Shown: piece after piece, positions 52,647-64,000 of the stretch
Layout of the letters: each line of letters opens with the position of its first letter
Numbering within the stretch: position 1 is the stretch's first letter
Assembly: GCA_043228905.1 (NCBI GenBank)
Contig: JBHGNT010000020.1
Span: 11,036,001 to 11,100,000, forward strand
Direction of reading: 5' to 3'
Source of the DNA: Azolla caroliniana
Lineage: Eukaryota; Plantae; Polypodiophyta
DNA length: 64,000 nt
Notes under the pieces: model-generated
Database searches by the model: none
Told to the model about the DNA's origin: nothing
What the model saw: the letters and a program-made list of their open reading frames with translations, nothing else
Translations under genes and position numbers: made by a program

Positions 52647-55600
52647 ATGGGGGTTCCTAACGAGAGTGAGTTGTCAAGTAACTCATGCATATCTGAAAGG
52701 ACTAAGAGACGAGTGGTTCTTCACATAGTTCGTTATTTGGTAGAAATAACGAAGAGATTTAGTGAAGAGGATCGTAGGGATATTATTTGTAGAGTGTTAC
52801 ACCATCAAAGTTTGAATGAAGACATGGAGAGAATAAAATTTAGGGACCAATGTGTTTCAGAAGAGATTGTGGAGTCTATGAAGTCATCCCTAGACTTAGT
52901 GAAAGGTGTAGAGAGCTTAGACAAACTTGCTGCAAAGAGGGCAGCCCTACACATGGTTGTGAATGGTGTGAGAGAAAAAAAATATAGTGATACTAAAGTT
53001 GCCTTAGCCCTGGGTATTCAAAGAAGGAACTTGAGGAAACATCGCCGAAATATACACTCAAGCAAATTCAAGTGGCTGGGGTCGGGACGTAGACGACGAT
53101 GTGATGCCTTATCTCAAGAGATTATTGAGAAAGTGGATTCATTTTGGGCCCAAAATACGCGTGTCTCACCAAATAAGAAGGACGTGTGTAGACAACGAAT
53201 AAGTCAGGGTAAGTACCAGATTCACCCTAGACACTTCTTGGAGATGACAGAGGTATTCCATTTTTTTATATCAATTCACATTCCATAACTTTGTGTTTTG
53301 ACCAAGTGTATATTAATGTTTGCTATATATATTGGTTGATGTAGGCTGAATTGTACATGAACTTTAAAGACCAACATCCAAGCTTGACTGTCGGATTCCG
53401 CAAGTTCCAAGGTTTGAAACCATTTTATGTTAGAAAATTAAATGAGAGGAATACATGTTGTTGTGTGTACCATGTGAAGATGGACATGTTAAGGGTTTCT
53501 GTGAATGCAATGCGTACTGATTCTAAGGGTATACATGGGGAATTATGTGTCTGCACTTGTGAGATTTGTAGACCAAATGGGGAGGATAATAGGTGTAATG
53601 CACGAAACATGACTTATGCATCCGTTTCTGAGCTATGGAGGTCTTGTGTTTGTGAAAAAGAACCATCGTGTGAGTGGCATCGTCGGACATGTCTATTAAG
53701 AACATGTAAGGTTTGTCCGCTACCATTATTTTGTAGGCAGGAGCTTGATATGGGAAATAGTCATATCGTGAAATGGAAATATTTGGAGTATGTGACTGAA
53801 AATATTGGCAAGGGAGTTGTAACTAAGCGTATCAAGGAAGTATATAAGGAGACATGTGCTGCTACCCTTGTCTCAGAATTTAAGAAACAACTTGGGGAGT
53901 TTATTCCACATAACTTCCGGAGTTATTGGCAAAATTCACAGTTCAAGGAATGTATTAATAACTTACCAACGGGTGTCATTGTATCCGTTATTGATTTTGC
54001 AGAAAACTATACATTTAAAGTTCAAAATGAGGTTCAATCAATGCATTGGTACAATGATCAATGTACAATACTTGTACATATTTGCTATTGGAGGCAAGAC
54101 GGTGAGTTACATAAGAAATCAATATTTTACATTTCAGATGATAAAAAGCATGATACACTATTTGTTCAACATTGTTTTAAGCTTCACCATGCAGATTTAT
54201 TTTCTCTAGGGCTAACCTTTAACCGTCATTGGGTTTGGTCTGATGGTGCTGCCTCGCAGTTTAAGGCGGCACGATCGTTCTACTTTATCGCCAGGTAATT
54301 TTTAATCCGTATGTTTAATACTTATCATGCAATGTGTAAGGAAGTAAATCTTGTGTTAGTGGATGCATACTAATTATGTTTGTAACTATTAACAAACAGT
54401 ACTAGTCACATCGTAGCATACTAATTATGTTTCTAATTTTGTTTGTATTATGTTGTACTAAGTAACTTTTAATCCATGTGAAGTGTTCTCCATAGACACA
54501 TTGTACTATGTTGTGTGTTGGTTCTGTACTATGTTGTGTTTACAAAAGGATGTAAAGTACTCATCTTGTACTCATAGTATTGTCCGTCCTTAAGAGAATT
54601 GTACTAAGTATCGATTAATCCATGTGAAGGGTTCTCCATAGACACATTGTACTATGTTGTGTGTTGGTTTTGTATTATGTTGTGTTTACAAAAGGATGTA
54701 AAGTACTCATCTTGTACTTATAGTATTGTCCGTCCTTAAGAGAATTGTACTAATTATGTTTTAATCCATGTGAAGGGTTCTCCATATACACATTGTACTA
54801 TGTTGTGTGTTGGTTCTGTACTATGTTGTGTTTACAAAAGGATGTAAAGTACTCATCTTGTACTTATAGTATTGTCCGTCCTTAAGAGAATTGTACTAAT
54901 TATGTTTTAATCCATGTGAAGGGTTCTCCATAGACACATTGTACTATGTTGTGTTTACAAAAGGATGTAAAGTACTCATCTTGTACTTATAGTATTGTCC
55001 GTCCTTAAGAGAATTGTACTAATTATGTTTTAATCCATGTGAAGGGTTCTCCATAGACACATTGTACTATGTTGTGTGTTGGTTTTGTACTATGTTGTGT
55101 TTACAAAAGGATGTAAAGTACTCATCTTGTACTTATAGTATTGTCCGTCCTTAAGAGAATTGTACTAATTATGTTTTAATCCATGTGAAGGGTTCTCCAT
55201 AGACACATTGTACTATGTTGTGTGTTGGTTTTGTACTATGTTGTGTTTACAAAAGGATGTAAAGTACTCATCTTGTACTTATAGTATTGTCCGTCCTTAA
55301 GAGAATTGTACTAATTATGTTTTAATCCATGTGAAGGGTTCTCCATAGACACATTGTACTATGTTGTGTGTCCTATCTGTACTATGTTGTGTTTACAGGA
55401 GGATGTAAAGTACTCATCTTGTACTCATAGTATTGTCCGTCCTTAAGAGAATTGTACTAAGTATCGATTAATCCATGTGAAGGGTTCTCCATAGACACAT
55501 TGTACTATGTTGTGTGTTGGTTTTGTACTATGTTGTGTTTACAAAAGGATGTAAAGTACTCATCTTGTACTTATAGTATTGTCCGTCCTTAAGAGAATTG

Positions 55601-56698
55601 TACTAATTATGTTTTAATCCATGTGAAGGGTTCTCCATAGACACATTGTACTATGTTGTGTGTTGTATCTGTACTATGTTGTGTTTACAGGAGGATATAA
55701 AGTACTCATCTTGTACTCATAGTATTGTCCGTCCTTAAGAGAATTGTACTAAATCAGTATTTACTCATGTTGTACTCATAGTATTGTACTCATCTTGTAC
55801 TCACCAAAGCAGGTATTTCTCCTTATTCAATATTCGTATGCAATGGAATTACTTCGGGTCTGGACATGGAAAAGGAGAGCATGATGGCGCGGGGGCTGTG
55901 ATCAAACGTGCCCTTACAAGTGAGCAGTTGGATAATAATGGCGCTAAGTTACAAAATGCACATGATGTTGTGCAGTGGCTAACATGGAAGATGTCAAATG
56001 ATGGTAAGAACAGATTGTTTGTTGAAGTTCGCGCTGATGAGGTCGATAGAACTAAATCATATGGTTGTAAAACCGTGAAAGGGACACGCAGCACCCATTG
56101 TGTGTTAGGGTTTAGCCGCAAGGACACAACCCAATTGTTACTCCGTAGTTTATCATGCTTTTGTTCCATGTGTCTAGATGAAGCTTGGGATAAATGCATC
56201 AACCTATCAATCGTGGAGCCCTGGAAGCTGCAGAAGCTTGAGCCTGAACTACAAGATGATATTGAAGAGGATGTGCATTCAAACGATATTGTATACTACA
56301 ACCAAAATCAAGACTTGGCAGTTTTATTGGAAGTTGGAGATCATTTTGCAGTGCTCAAATATTCTCAGAATGAAGATTTAGAAGACTACTACATTGTGGT
56401 GTGCAAGCAAGGAAAGACATTATTGAAAGAAGTGGTGAGGGATGGTTGGGGCAACAATTTCAACGTTGGTGAGTCTGTCGTGTATGGAAACTATTATGCA
56501 AAGTTGCCGCAGTGCAAGAACACATATGCATTACTAAAAGAAGCACCCATCGCAATAATCTACGCTGATGCCATTCTTGCGATCAAATTCAATATGACTC
56601 AAGCAAAGCACAAGGTTAAGGGATACAACACTGTCTACAAGGTCCCCCAAGAGGTTCATGAGCACATATTAGGGGAGGTCTCTCTATTTAATGCTTGA
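52647..56698 (+). CDS. Intact 3-exon DDD transposase, Sola2-like, ~813 aa
   Basis: Exons 52647-53252, 53345-54294 and 55813-56698 (GT-AG, in frame). Motifs DFAENY, EVQSMHW, ISDDKKHD, WSDGAASQFK, GHGKGEHDGAGAVIKR; acidic triad spacing about 83 and 41 aa; Cys-rich clusters before and after the core. Confidence 0.85.
54471..55751. repeat. 146-bp tandem array (9 units, one shortened to 123 bp) filling transposase intron 2
   Basis: aatccatgtgaag at 54471, 54617, 54763, 54909, 55032, 55178, 55324, 55470, 55616. Confidence 0.95.
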
Positions 56699-56843
56699 AA
56701 GTCACCCTATCAATACATTGTACTAGAAAACTGAAAAACATCCACTTGGAGTTCACTATTAATTTTGATGATTGACAAATGAATTGATATATTTCGTCTT
56801 TCTTCCAAAGGGTTTATGCCTCTCAACCACTTGTACTTATCTT

Positions 56844-59800
56844 TCATAATATATTAGTTGTTATCAACAGGACTTGGATTTCTTCATTGCCGATATTGCT
56901 CATGTTTCCTGATGTTATTTGAGCATAGGAGTTTTGCAGAGTTGGTGTGTCCTCTGTTGGCACATAAATCTGCTCTTCTTTTGCTACCAAGAGAAGATTG
57001 TTAGTTGAATTCATTAAAGACTTTAATATTGTAAGATTTTCTACTGTAAGTTCATTTTTCAAAGGGGGCGATGAATTCTGTGAAGACAACAATGAAAATT
57101 ATTCTCTCAGAATCCTTTTTTGTTTCATGATATGTCCTGTGAAGCCATCTGAGTTTTTACTTCTTGTATATAAGTCCTGAATATCCAGGCTATGGATTTT
57201 AAAGTACAAACCTTCCTTTCCTTAACAAAATAATCCAACTTCTGAAACAATAATTTGTGATAGCTCAAAGTGTTTCCTTACTACTGTTAGTGGATGATTC
57301 ATCCTTTGGGATGATATCATCAAAATATGGCCCACATTGCTTCAACAATTTGCACACATTCTGGTTACCGTCCAAATGGGATTGATGAAACAGTCTATAC
57401 TTCAGGATATCTTCAATAACACCCGATACCCGATATTTTCTGTTTCTCATCATCAACACCTAAAAACCTAAATTTTCCTAGCAAGCTAAGAAGACTTTCA
57501 AGCATTTTATCTACAATAGACTGAAAGACTTTGCGAGGATTAGGAGATGATCTCAAAAAAGAAACAAAACGTTGTAAAATAAGAATACTTAGATCAAAAA
57601 GTATATTCCCATTGTTTTTGATATATGTTGATGAGCAAAATATAGAAGCAATCCTTAAACATGAACTTGATTTCACACTGGTATAACTATTTCAGATTCA
57701 TGAACTGGATTTTTTACATTGGCAATTGAAACAGTATTTTGGTATCCAAATAGTTCAATTTCAGACATCACTAACAACTAAAGTTCAAGTACAATCGAAA
57801 GACAATCAGGCACTAGAGGGTAACTTGGCCGATCTTGTAATGCGCTTGTTGTTGGTGCCAGATTTTTCTGATTTTACATTCTTCTTTATCTTAAAGCCTT
57901 TAGGTATGAGCTGACTAAGTGGCACTTCATCATCAGAGGCATCAGAGACAGGCGTGGATGCGCGGGCACCTTGTACTGGTGGCAAGCTTGAGAGAGCAAC
58001 TATGTTTTCTGCAACTGCAATGCTTGTACACAAATCCACAAAGGTGCTGTCGATAGACAAATTATCACTCATCTCCTGAATGCTTGTACTCCTAGCGATC
58101 TTTATTGCCCTATCATCATCACCGATGCCTATACACTCGTTCTTATTAGACTCCTGTATGTGGACCGTGGCAGTAGTCATGGTCAACTCCTCTTGTACGA
58201 TGGATGTCACCTCATTCTTAAGACAACGTTGTTCGCTCTGAGTACAATCAGGCCCACCTTCATTAGTAACGTTGTTCACTCTACACTCCTCATGGGATTC
58301 TGTACAATCAGGCTTATCTTCAGGGAAAGCGATGTTCTTTCCACGATCCTCATGGGCTTCACAAGACACTACTAGCACATTCTCAGTACAATCAAGCTCC
58401 TCTTCATTACTAGCAATGTTCTTTCCATGATCCTCATGGGAATCTTTAGATAGTACTAGCACATTATCAGTACAATCAGTCTTCTCTTCAGCACTTGCCA
58501 CATTATCAGTACAATCAGTCTTCTCTTCAGTACTTGCCATATTCTTTCCACACTCTTCATGGGCTTCAATCTTCTCTTCAGTACTTGCCATATTCTTTCC
58601 ACACTCATAGGCTTCTTTAGACATAGTGTTGTTTGTACATGCCAGCTGCTCTTCACATATGAATGCTTCGTTTTTCTCACAATCCTCATGTGTGGAAGAT
58701 GAGCTTCTAGAGTCTGCCTCCTTGCAAAGGTTAATTTGATTCTGACTCTGATGGGAATCTGATTCTGCACTTGTGCTCCATGAAGTTCCCGATTCATTTG
58801 ATTGCAGTTGGGAATCAGACTGCTCTTGTAAACCTAATTAATGGGATTCCAAAGAATATTGGTATGAACTCACATACTCAAAAGTTTGCAAACAATGAAC
58901 ATAGGGTTTAGGGCCACATTTTTACCTAATGTTACATCGTCATACTGTACAGCCGTAGATACCCCATTGCAAGTGGTGGGCTCGGTCATCTTCTCCACAA
59001 CATCTAGGTGCTCAACAGTGTTGTTATGATCTATAATAACAACAAGAATAGGGTTGTTATGAGCTAAATCATTGTTTTCAAAGTCTGGCTTTTGACGTGT
59101 ACCTGGGAGTGTGATAAATTCGTCTTCATGATCAGGTTTTGGACTCGTATCTCCGTCACCAAATATCATTTCATCATCAGCTAGTAACACAAGTACATGG
59201 TATTAGACAATGGATTAGGTTGACAATGCTCCAGACAGGTGAGAACTTATATGACTCACCATTGCATTCAACTTTGCCTTTCTTGCCGTTTCCATACAAC
59301 ATTCTTGCAGCATTTCTCTTCTTACTGGGCTCTATTTGTAAAGAAACTGCATTTCTCTTCTTAGTGGGCTCTATTTCTTGATGTTGACCGGAGCTTGGGG
59401 AATTTGTTTGTAGAAGCATATGTTCCACTGCTCCAATGGCCCTTCTCATACATTCATCCTCATCATAAAAATCATAGGTTATTGGTAATGATGGTCCCTG
59501 AACCTTGGAATGTGCAGCAGATATTGAGGGTTTAGGCACAGGGGCTGGTTGTTCCATTACCTTCCCTGGCGTGGAGTTGCTTGACACTACAACATTCATT
59601 GCAACAAACAAAAAAACCTTGAATGTTAGTACCATCATCTAAAATATATAATGTAGGTCACAAGAGCTGCTTCCCATTTTACACAATGTACCAGTCATGA
59701 ACAATGTACTACTCACATAGTTCCTAAATTATTGAACTAGTACTAATAAGGAACACTGTACTGCTCACTTAGTTCCCAATTTACACGATTAGTACTAATC

Positions 59801-62672
59801 ATGCACAACATACACAAGTAGTACTAATCATGCACAATATACTACTCACTTAGTTACCAAATTACACAAGTACTAATCCCGAAAAATGTACCACTGACTA
59901 AGCCAAATTAATAAGTAGTACTAATCTTGAACAATGTACTACTCACTTATTTCCTAAATCACTGAACTAGTACTAATCCCGAACAACGTAATGCTCACTT
60001 AGTTCCCAATTTACACAAGTAGTACTAATCATGCACAATATACTACTCACTTAGTTAGCAAATTACACAAGGAGTACTAATGCCGAACAACGTAATGCTC
60101 ACTTAGTTCCCAATTTACACAAGTAGTACTAATCATGCACAATATACTACTCACTTAGTTAGCAAATTACACAAGGAGTACTAATGCCGAACAACGTAAT
60201 GCTCACTTAGTTCCCAATTTACACAAGTAGTACTAATCATGCACAATATACTACTCACTTAGTTAGCAAATTACACAAGGAGTACTAATCCCGAACAATG
60301 TACTGCTCACTTAGTTCCCAATTTACACAAGTAGTACTAATCATGCACAATATACTACTCACTTAGTTACCTAATTACACAAGGAGTACTAATCCCGAAC
60401 AATGTACTGCTCACTTAGTTCCCAATTTACACAAGTAGTACTAATCATGCACAATATACTACTCACTTAGTTAGCAAATTACACAAGGAGTACTAATCCC
60501 GAACAATGTACCACTGACTTAGTCAAATTACACAATTAGTACTAATCCTGAACAATGTACTACTCAACAATGTACCACTGACTTAGTCAAATTACACAAT
60601 TAGTACTAATCCTACAAAATGTACTACTCACTTATTTTCTAGATTACTGATCTAGTACTAATAAGGTACAAAACTAGTACTAATAAGGAACAAAGTACTA
60701 CTCAGTTCCCAAATTACAAAACTAGTATTAATCATGAGCAATGTACTAGTAACTTAGTTCACAAAGTACAGAACTAGTACTAATCATGAACCATGTAGTA
60801 CTTACTAAGTACTAATCCAACAAATGTAGATTGGTATTTTGCACACAAGTAATACTAAACATGATATGTCTTCTACACACCTAGTTACATAACTTGTACT
60901 AATTACACCAACAGTATTAATCTTGAACAGTATTAGTACTAAACGTGATATGTGTTTGACACACCTCATTTCCAAATTACAATAATTGTACTATTATTCA
61001 ACAATTTACTATACACCTTGTTCCCAAATTACATTACTAGTACTAATTCCCAAGTTACACAAACAATCTTAACAGTCAACAGTGTACTATAAGTATAGTG
61101 TTTACTAAACTAATACTAGGCAAGTTGCAATATAGATTGGACGATGTTGTACCTGGTTCCCTTTTAGTACTACTAATTGTGGAAAATATCCCTTCAACTA
61201 CACATACCAATTATATATTAAGAGTACTGCCAATACTAACCCACATAATTAGGGTTCCACATAATAGTTGTTAGAGATTACACTAAATTTGAAGTATGAA
61301 TTGTGGCATACACTAGTTCTAGTCCAAATGTTAATTGACATCATATAATACAAACAATAGAATAGTAGAGCCACATACCGTACGGGTGTACTTTTAAACC
61401 CCAAGCATAGTACCACTCAGCCGCAATTGTAGTTTTACAGTCCATACATGTATTCTCTTTCTCAAAATGATACTTAGCACATAGCACATGATATGTGTGC
61501 AAGCATGGTGTAATCACAACATCCATAGCCTCCAGCTTGAATCCGAGGCCACAAAATATACACCTGGAAGATTGCAAACACAAGTTATAATATATTAGTT
61601 GCTCACTTATTTATACCAAAGAAGTAGAAATAAATAACTTTTAAAGCCAATACCGTGATATAGCTATACTAATAATGGTACTTTCTATACCACTTGGGTG
61701 CTCAATTACAGATGGACACAAAGTATCAAAACCATTTTGTTTTAAATCCTGCATCAAGCATGCAAGGTTCTCAGAATGCAACTTTAAGGCTGACAACTTA
61801 TTATCTATTTCTTCATGTGCATTCCTGCAAGTATCAAGGTCTCTCATCTGTGAACCTAATTGAGTGCCCATATTGTTTAGCTCTTTCTTCAACTCCTCTT
61901 TCAAGACCTCACTTTCTGAATTTTGGATTGTCGATGCAATCCATTCATATGTAGTTTTTATTGAAGAAAATTTCTTTTCTGCCTGTATCTCAGCTGATTT
62001 AACTGCTTCCAAATCAGCAAGTAGTGTTTGTATTCTTGAGCTCATAGAAGCTATGCAACCGGCCATCATCTGTTCATGCTTTTCAGTCATTGTGGCCCGT
62101 ACCTTTGCCTCTAGAACTTGGTGGATAGGTGTTATAGCTAGAATATCCACATGAGAGGTTCCAGATGACTTCAAGCCAGTGTTGGTACTGGAGGACCCTT
62201 TGTAATGTTCTGACCGGTGCCGATTAAAATCTTCCCAATTTACGTCAATGCCACCTTGAACTTCACATGCAAAAGCACGTGCAAAAACAGTACCCACCTC
62301 ATTGTTAGTGATTTGATTTGTATCATAAACATGTTCGTATCTCGTCTTCAATAAATTCATGTATTCCCTCTTCAAACCACTTATGTGGAATCCTCGCCTT
62401 GTGTCGGGATGTGCTGACCCCCAGGTTTTTAACAACCACTCTCTCAGCTCTGGATACACGTCAGGTCGTGCTCGAAGGAAATAATTCCATCCAAGAGGTG
62501 TGTCTCGACTGATGGAGTGGTACATCTTCTTTCTCTGTGTTGATGAATTCATCACCCTTTCTCTTGTGGGTGTCTTCTTGCTTTCTTTCATGGGTGTCCT
62601 TCTTCCTTCCTTCACTGGTGTCTTCACTTTCTCTTTCATCAATGTCTTCTTTATGGGTGTCCTTCTCGTCAT
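56844..62672 (-). CDS. Convergent multi-exon accessory gene: basic TPxK/R repeats, coiled coil, RING-H2, acidic repeats; 3' exon structure uncertain
   Basis: Exon ~62672-61653 splices (..ISR) to ~61563-61379, giving CIFC..PCLHTYHVLC..CMDC. Further minus ORFs at 59638-59177, 59190-58870, 58624-57806 and 57676-56844. Confidence 0.6.
59700..60800. repeat. 104-bp higher-order repeat (two ~52-bp monomers) in an intron of the accessory gene
   Basis: agtactaatcatgcac at 60021, 60125, 60229, 60333 and 60437, alternating with agtactaat(c/g)ccgaac; degenerate flanks. Confidence 0.92.
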
Positions 62673-62749
62673 TGTCCTAGTCAACACAATTCTCAGGGAA
62701 TGAATATGCATGTACTAGAAGAAAACTCAAGCAATTACCATCAACACAT

Positions 62750-63150
62750 AGCAAATCATCTCATTGCATGTACAAACCATGTCAATCACACAATAACCCT
62801 AAATAGTCGGAAAAAAACTCCATTGTAAATCATCATAGCCAACTCCATCATTGTAAATCATTGTAAATCATCGCATCGCATGTACAAGCCAACTCCATCA
62901 CATCGTAAAACACACAAGCCAACTCCATCACAAGCCAACGAAAACATTGTAAATCATCATAGCCAACTCCATCACATCGCATGTACAAGCCATGTCAAAC
63001 ACACAAAAACCCAAAATAGTCGGAAAAACACTCATCCATGTCAAACTCACACAAAATAAAACAGATGGACAAGAAACAAGAACAAAACGAAAACATAGCA
63101 ACTCATCATAGCCAACTCCATTTACGTTGCATGTACAAACATGTCTAACA
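62750..63150. repeat. Degenerate repeats (atcatcatagccaactccat / gcatgtacaa)
   Basis: gccaactcca appears five times and catgtacaa four times. Confidence 0.75.
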
Positions 63151-63220
63151 CACAACCACCTCGATCAAAATATTTTCATACATTTTTAAAAGGAACACAG
63201 AGAAACACAGAGAAAACAAA

Positions 63221-63511
63221 AACACAGAGAATACCTGGAGGTTGTACAACTTGCAGAGGTACCAGACCGTGTTGATTTCGACAAACGAGGCTGCTGCAGA
63301 GGAGACAAACGAGCATAGACAGAGGAAACAAACGAGCATACAGACAGACAGGAAACATTCAGAAAAAGAAAACATTGAGTATTGGGCATGCAACACAGAG
63401 AATACCTGGAGGTTGTACAACTTGCAGAGGTACCAGACCGTGTTGATTTCGACAAACGAGGCTGCTGCAGAGGAGACAAACGAGCATAGACAGAGGAAAC
63501 AAACGAGCATA
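63221..63511 (-). repeat. Two 171-bp tandem copies containing a candidate micro-exon
   Basis: aacacagagaatacctggagg at 63221 and 63392; the minus strand reads ctgcag|cagcctc...acctccag|gtattc in each copy. Confidence 0.85.
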
Positions 63512-63803
63512 CACAAGGAAGGAAAATCAACAACACATACAACGAGCAGGGGAAACAAAAATCTCTGCGTTCAGAGATCGAACCTGGCACAGAGGGGAAC
63601 ACAAGAACAGCTACGCGGGGAAACAGAGCATCGAAGGTGGAGTGAGAGAGAGAAACAGAAAGAAAGAAAGAAACAGAGCTTTGAAAGAAAAAAACAGAAA
63701 GAATCGAAGGTGGAGTGAAAGAAAGAAATAGAGAGATAGACCTGTAATATATATGTCGTCTTTCTTTAACTTTCTGCCACTGTCTGTCTGACAACTTCGA
63801 GAC

Positions 63804-63837
<34 letters not shown>

Positions 63838-64000
63838 GTGAGTGAGAGAGAGAGACATACCAATTGACACGTTCGACTACCCATACCAGAGAGAGAGAGA
63901 GAGAGAGATACTGAGACTGACCAACTGTCACAATGGATACCTTCTCCAGGTGTGCTTTCGTACAACTCTACCTAGGAGACTGGGGCAACAATTAATGTAT

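Larger units (their letters stand above)
51053..64000. mobile_element. Putative large Sola (Sola2-like) DNA transposon; right end outside the window
   Basis: Abrupt switch from the G-rich LTR element to AT-rich AGTACT-rich DNA at ~51045-51053 (GGGGTACC, which fits a GRG start). It contains a transposase, a convergent gene and internal tandem arrays. Neither TIR nor TSD can be confirmed. Confidence 0.6.

Noticed and set aside
51581-60800. CRISPR-like interpretation of the repeat arrays next to a nuclease-fold gene
   Set aside because: The units are head-to-tail repeats with no unique spacers, there are no cas motifs, and the context is eukaryotic and intron-containing.

Overview
Eukaryotic, transposon-dense plant DNA; the element types suggest a non-seed land plant such as a bryophyte, but that is inference. 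There is one host gene: a 7-exon PTI1/MARIS-like cytoplasmic kinase (17135-20461, minus) with an intact frame but a degenerate catalytic loop (HRD->HQN). The rest is nested mobile DNA. It includes five Ty1/copia elements (four complete with LTRs, PBS, PPT and 5-bp TSDs), copia and gypsy relics, a decayed L1-type LINE and RTE-X-like LINE pieces. It also includes an LTR element carrying a ~670-codon unknown ORF directly against its PPT. From ~51.05 kb to the window end lies a large putative Sola(2)-type DNA transposon. It has an intact 3-exon DDD transposase, a convergent coiled-coil/RING-H2 accessory gene, and tandem arrays of 52, 213, 146, 104 and 171 bp; the 213-, 146- and 104-bp arrays share an AGTACT motif, and the 146- and 104-bp arrays fill introns. 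The most notable items are that transposon system, the unknown env-position ORF, a conserved inverted repeat around the PPT plus a duplicated PPT in otherwise divergent copia families, and the PTI1 pseudokinase. All family calls come from motif recognition by eye; no searches were run.
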